Part shown: piece after piece, positions 25,774 to 27,731 of the stretch | Layout of the letters: each line of letters opens with the position of its first letter | How positions within the stretch are numbered: position 1 is the stretch's first letter | NCBI GenBank assembly: GCA_044507735.1 | Contig: JBIQJB010000025.1 | Location: 1-27,731, forward strand | Length of the DNA: 27,731 nt | Source of the DNA: Nitrosopumilales archaeon | GTDB taxonomy: Archaea > Thermoproteota > Nitrososphaeria > Nitrososphaerales > Nitrososphaeraceae | Reading direction: 5' to 3' | Position numbers and translations under genes: made by a program | The notes under the pieces: model-generated | What the model was told of the DNA's origin: nothing | Database searches by the model: none | What the model saw: the letters and a program-made list of their open reading frames with translations, nothing else

Positions 25774-26678
25774 TTGATTACCAAGCCTCCCAGCACTTCG
25801 TACATTTTCTCTGCGACCTTTGCAATCTGCTCGCGGCTTGTGCCGTCAATGACGTCGGCCCTTCGACTGGCCTTTGCCTTTGGAATCTTTTCTACCTTGT
25901 AGACTATTGTTGGCGATCCGGGAAGTCCTACCTGCTTGGGATCGACGCCCAGTTGCTGGGCATTGAACACCTTCAGATACTGCTTGTAGTTTTGAGCACG
26001 CGTCCTTGCTTCTTTTTGATACCTTGCAAATGCAAGCCTCTGCGACACGGTGGTGTATGAAGCCTTGTAAGACGGATCAATTGCTATGAACACGGGTAGT
26101 GGCGCCTCCACTTCCTCAATGACATCATAGAACCCTTGAAGCGATATCAGGCGCTTTGCGCGGACAGTTCGGTTCTCCATGTCGACGCTGTAATCAATGA
26201 CGTGTCCAAGGAAAGTAAACCCCAGCTTCCACGCCGTCTGGGGGCCTGTCTGGCCAGTTTCACCATCAGAAGCCCTGTGACCAGAAAAAACAATGTCCAC
26301 CTTGCTAGAATCCAGTTTTGAAATCCCTGTCTTGAGCACTTCCGCCGTCGCAAGTGTATCTGCTCCAGCGAACATCCTGTCGCTGTACAGGTGGAGCTCG
26401 TCAGCGTCGGAGAGCAATTGTGCCTGCTGCAGCGCCGCGTCGGCTATGGGAGGCCCCATGGTCGTTATCGCAACACGAGCGCCATATCGAACCTTGGCGT
26501 AAAAGGCGGCACTTGATGCGATGGCGCTGTGCGGGCCGAGGATACTCTTTGTTTCTGCCCTGTTTAGCGTGCCGTCGGCGTTGTAGCTCACGTTGCCTTC
26601 CGAGAAATCAGGCTCCAATTTCACAATGACCGCCACGTTGAGATTAGCCAATTTACGGTTTCCTCCCTTTATCTCCAT
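25770..26678 (-). CDS. etfB: Electron transfer flavoprotein beta subunit (FixA/EtfB); start may be TTG 26651
   Basis: TMGPP, SDRMFAGADTLATA, ASDGETGQTGP and GLPGSPT. Overlaps etfA by 4 nt. GGGAGG precedes TTG 26651. Confidence 0.93.
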   Translation of the reverse strand: MEIKGGNRKLANLNVAVIVKLEPDFSEGNVSYNADGTLNRAETKSILGPHSAIASSAAFYAKVRYGARVAITTMGPPIADAALQQAQLLSDADELHLYSDRMFAGADTLATAEVLKTGISKLDSSKVDIVFSGHRASDGETGQTGPQTAWKLGFTFLGHVIDYSVDMENRTVRAKRLISLQGFYDVIEEVEAPLPVFIAIDPSYKASYTTVSQRLAFARYQKEARTRAQNYKQYLKVFNAQQLGVDPKQVGLPGSPTIVYKVEKIPKAKASRRADVIDGTSREQIAKVAEKMYEVLGGLVIK

Positions 26679-26709
26679 TTATTACCTTTAAATGGTTTGT
26701 GAAGAAGCG

Positions 26710-27405
26710 TCATGCGGTAACGAGCTTCTTGGCAGCAACTCCCTTTAGGTCCTCATATGCCGCCCTGAGTCCATCATAGAATTCAGGCATCTTTGGTGGA
26801 AGCATCGCGTATGCGAGGTAAAAGTCCTCTGCCTCGCGCATGTATCTCCTTATCTTGTCATGACCAGGCACGTTCAGGATGAACCGCATGTTATTGAGCC
26901 TGTCAGCCAGTTTGATCGCCTTGACGTCATAGTCAGACTCACGCAATGTATCGCAGTATGCGTAGAATCGGGCCAGCTGGCGTTCTTGGTCGTCGGAGCC
27001 GGCAAAGTTTTCCAGGGGCTTTATCTTTAGCTCGGTAGCAATGTCGCTAATCCTGTTGCCAAACCGGTATGCAATATAGGCTTCAAACCCGTATGACTTT
27101 GATTCGTGCAGGTTCAATATCCGCTCGTCGTCTTCCATGATGTCATGCAGTATTGCTGCCGCAATTTCGACGCTAGTGATGTTGCGGTTGACGGTGCGGT
27201 AGTGCTGGACGACATCCATTGTCACAGGCCAAGTATGGGTTTCAAGAAAAGGTGAGGCCCCGTCCTCGCGCACAAGCCCTGAATGAACTCTTTCTGCAAC
27301 TTCCATGGCACCTTCAATGTAATCGTCGACGCGCACGTTGCCTTTTTCTTCCAGAAAAGCAACAAACTCGTGCTTGCTTACTCTGGGGATATCGAGCTTG
27401 CCCAT
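26710..27405 (-). CDS. Stand-alone RelA/SpoT-type HD hydrolase (Mesh1/SAH-like)
   Basis: AERVHSGLVR, AAAILHDIMED, FGNRI and IKLADRLNNMR. No synthetase domain. ATG 27405 preferred over GTG 27420. Confidence 0.85.
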   Translation of the reverse strand: MGKLDIPRVSKHEFVAFLEEKGNVRVDDYIEGAMEVAERVHSGLVREDGASPFLETHTWPVTMDVVQHYRTVNRNITSVEIAAAILHDIMEDDERILNLHESKSYGFEAYIAYRFGNRISDIATELKIKPLENFAGSDDQERQLARFYAYCDTLRESDYDVKAIKLADRLNNMRFILNVPGHDKIRRYMREAEDFYLAYAMLPPKMPEFYDGLRAAYEDLKGVAAKKLVTA

Positions 27406-27455
27406 GCCATTATAGCACAAGGGTTGAACAAAAGACTTGCTGTGGCTCCTGTTGC

Positions 27456-27725
27456 CTACGCTGCCCGAGCCTCGCGGTACTCCTGATATTGTTGCATCGT
27501 ATCTCGATATCTTGCATGTCTATGGTTGTGGCGCCTGCGAGTCTGCATAATCTGGGCAAGAAAGACAAGCCCTGCAATACCAAATGCCAGGCTGATAACG
27601 CTTCCGACAATGTTGCCTACAATAGCAAAGTATGCTGCAATCAGGAAGGAGATTCCCATGAACAAGGCCATAATTAGCACCAGATTCTTGCCAACGGTCA
27701 GCCCTATTTCTATCAGCCAAATCAT
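27456..27725 (-). CDS. Small two-TM membrane protein (start uncertain, at window edge)
   Basis: Two hydrophobic helices followed by an Arg/His-rich tail. The frame stays open to the window end. Confidence 0.7.
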   Translation of the reverse strand: MIWLIEIGLTVGKNLVLIMALFMGISFLIAAYFAIVGNIVGSVISLAFGIAGLVFLAQIMQTRRRHNHRHARYRDTMQQYQEYREARAA

Positions 27726-27731
27726 CCGTTC

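Noticed and set aside
1-27731. CRISPR arrays, transposases, integrases, tRNA/rRNA, and the many antisense shadow ORFs
   Set aside because: I saw no repeat-spacer periodicity, recombinase motifs or RNA-gene consensus by eye. Shadow ORFs are explained by the opposite-strand genes.

Overview
Chromosomal window from an archaeon, most likely a Nitrososphaera-like ammonia-oxidising thaumarchaeote. This is inferred from rpl39e/rpl31e, archaeal TATA boxes about 25 nt before start codons, a divergent FtsZ, an archaeal-type MtaB and several lineage-typical hypothetical proteins. In order it holds: an ion-homeostasis/signalling block (MgtC, CPA2 antiporter, stand-alone sensor-like domain, receiver protein, CDF); a DUF72-DNA polymerase IV fusion; an AN1-finger M50 protease; a MaoC-like/acyl-CoA dehydrogenase divergon and a class III aminotransferase; rpl39e-rpl31e; three Cys/His-rich microproteins (two missed by the ORF track); FtsZ and MtaB; a methyltransferase/sulfotransferase pair; a thioredoxin-fold protein; and a fixAB-fixCX (fused) electron-transfer cluster preceded by a stand-alone RelA/SpoT-type HD hydrolase. 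I found no tRNA, rRNA, CRISPR array or transposase. The best candidates for something undescribed are the degenerate-DUF72-DinB fusion, the Mesh1-like hydrolase next to FixABCX, the microprotein cluster and a candidate ~70-nt hairpin sRNA at 9617-9685. All calls come from reading motifs by eye; no searches were run.
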